DNA of 23,874 bases, taken from IMG/VR virus record IMGVR_UViG_3300027022_000002. One strand, 5' to 3'. The position numbers and the translations under genes are program-made. Position 1 is the stretch's first letter; every line of letters begins with the position of its first letter. The notes under the pieces were generated by a model. That model was not told the DNA's origin, ran no database searches, and saw nothing but the letters and a program-made list of their open reading frames with translations. Of this stretch, positions 23,396-23,874 are shown in pieces. Source of the stretch: an uncultured virus (IMG/VR IMGVR_UViG_3300027022_000002). Lineage: Duplodnaviria; Heunggongvirae; Uroviricota; Caudoviricetes.

Positions 23396-23874
23396 CAGGC
23401 GGGCGCAATCGTGGTCACGGTGCCGGACGAGCCGCGCCACTTCAGCGCGCCGTCTTCGGCGAACAGGACCCCGCCGCCGGAGGGGTTCAACGTCGGCGCG
23501 GCATTCGCGTTGCCGATGCCGATGACACCCTGCCCTCCACCGAGCGATGTTGTGTTGAGGGTCAGACTGGACACCGACGCCGTCGATCGGCGGGCCACTA
23601 AGCCGGGCCCGAGGGTGACGTTGCCGGTAGCCCGGGACACGACGATCGGTGTGTCGATGAGGGTGCCGTCGTCGGCGTAGCGAGCCAGCTGCAGGTTGGT
23701 GCCGGAGTCGCCGCCGGACTCGGCTTCGTTGGTGGCCCGTAGCTGCCACCGCCGGTACTGGTCGGAGCCCGCGTAGTCGTGGTTCCACTCGATCGGCTTG
23801 TTGCTGCCGCCGGCTGGGCCGGACAGCCGCAGCACCTGGCCGTTGGAGCACCGGACCACGAAATCGGCTAGGTT
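23395..23874 (-). CDS. C-terminal part of a fibre/spike-like structural protein (5' end outside the window)
   Basis: Frame is open from the window edge. RRWQLRA..EAESGGDSGTNLQLARYADDG and GGGVLFAEDGALKWRGSSGTVTTIA, typical of trimeric beta fibre ends. Confidence 0.7.
   Translation of the reverse strand, partial: NLADFVVRCSNGQVLRLSGPAGGSNKPIEWNHDYAGSDQYRRWQLRATNEAESGGDSGTNLQLARYADDGTLIDTPIVVSRATGNVTLGPGLVARRSTASVSSLTLNTTSLGGGQGVIGIGNANAAPTLNPSGGGVLFAEDGALKWRGSSGTVTTIAPA

Noticed and set aside
12048..23680. Plus-strand and alternate-frame ORFs across the tail module, such as 15372-16481, 17835-19094 and 19929-21152
   Set aside because: Shadow ORFs opposite well-supported structural genes.

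Overview
High-GC actinobacterial siphovirus or prophage segment. No integrase, att site, capsid or terminase is visible, so free phage versus prophage cannot be decided. Right half (12.1-23.9 kb, minus strand): the end of a fibre/spike-like gene, major tail protein, tail assembly chaperones with a GGGAAAA -1 frameshift, a tape measure protein with a C-terminal NlpC/P60 domain, distal and minor tail proteins, small membrane proteins and a holin. A short plus-strand block (10.8-12.0 kb) carries a probable peptidase-type endolysin facing the holin. Left half (1-10.76 kb, minus strand): tightly coupled accessory genes, including a C5 DNA methyltransferase, a Pnk-like P-loop kinase, a beta-clamp-like protein, a multi-HTH protein and zinc-finger or hypothetical proteins. 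The most striking feature is six copies of the palindrome GCATTGA(G/C)TCAATGC. On the minus strand each copy contains a TTGAC(T/C) -35 box exactly 17 bp from a TAnnnT -10 box. The copies fall in three pairs, and each pair brackets one small gene. This looks like an operator-controlled early regulon built from promoter-gene cassettes that may be shuffled. Functional calls come from motif recognition by eye, not database searches.
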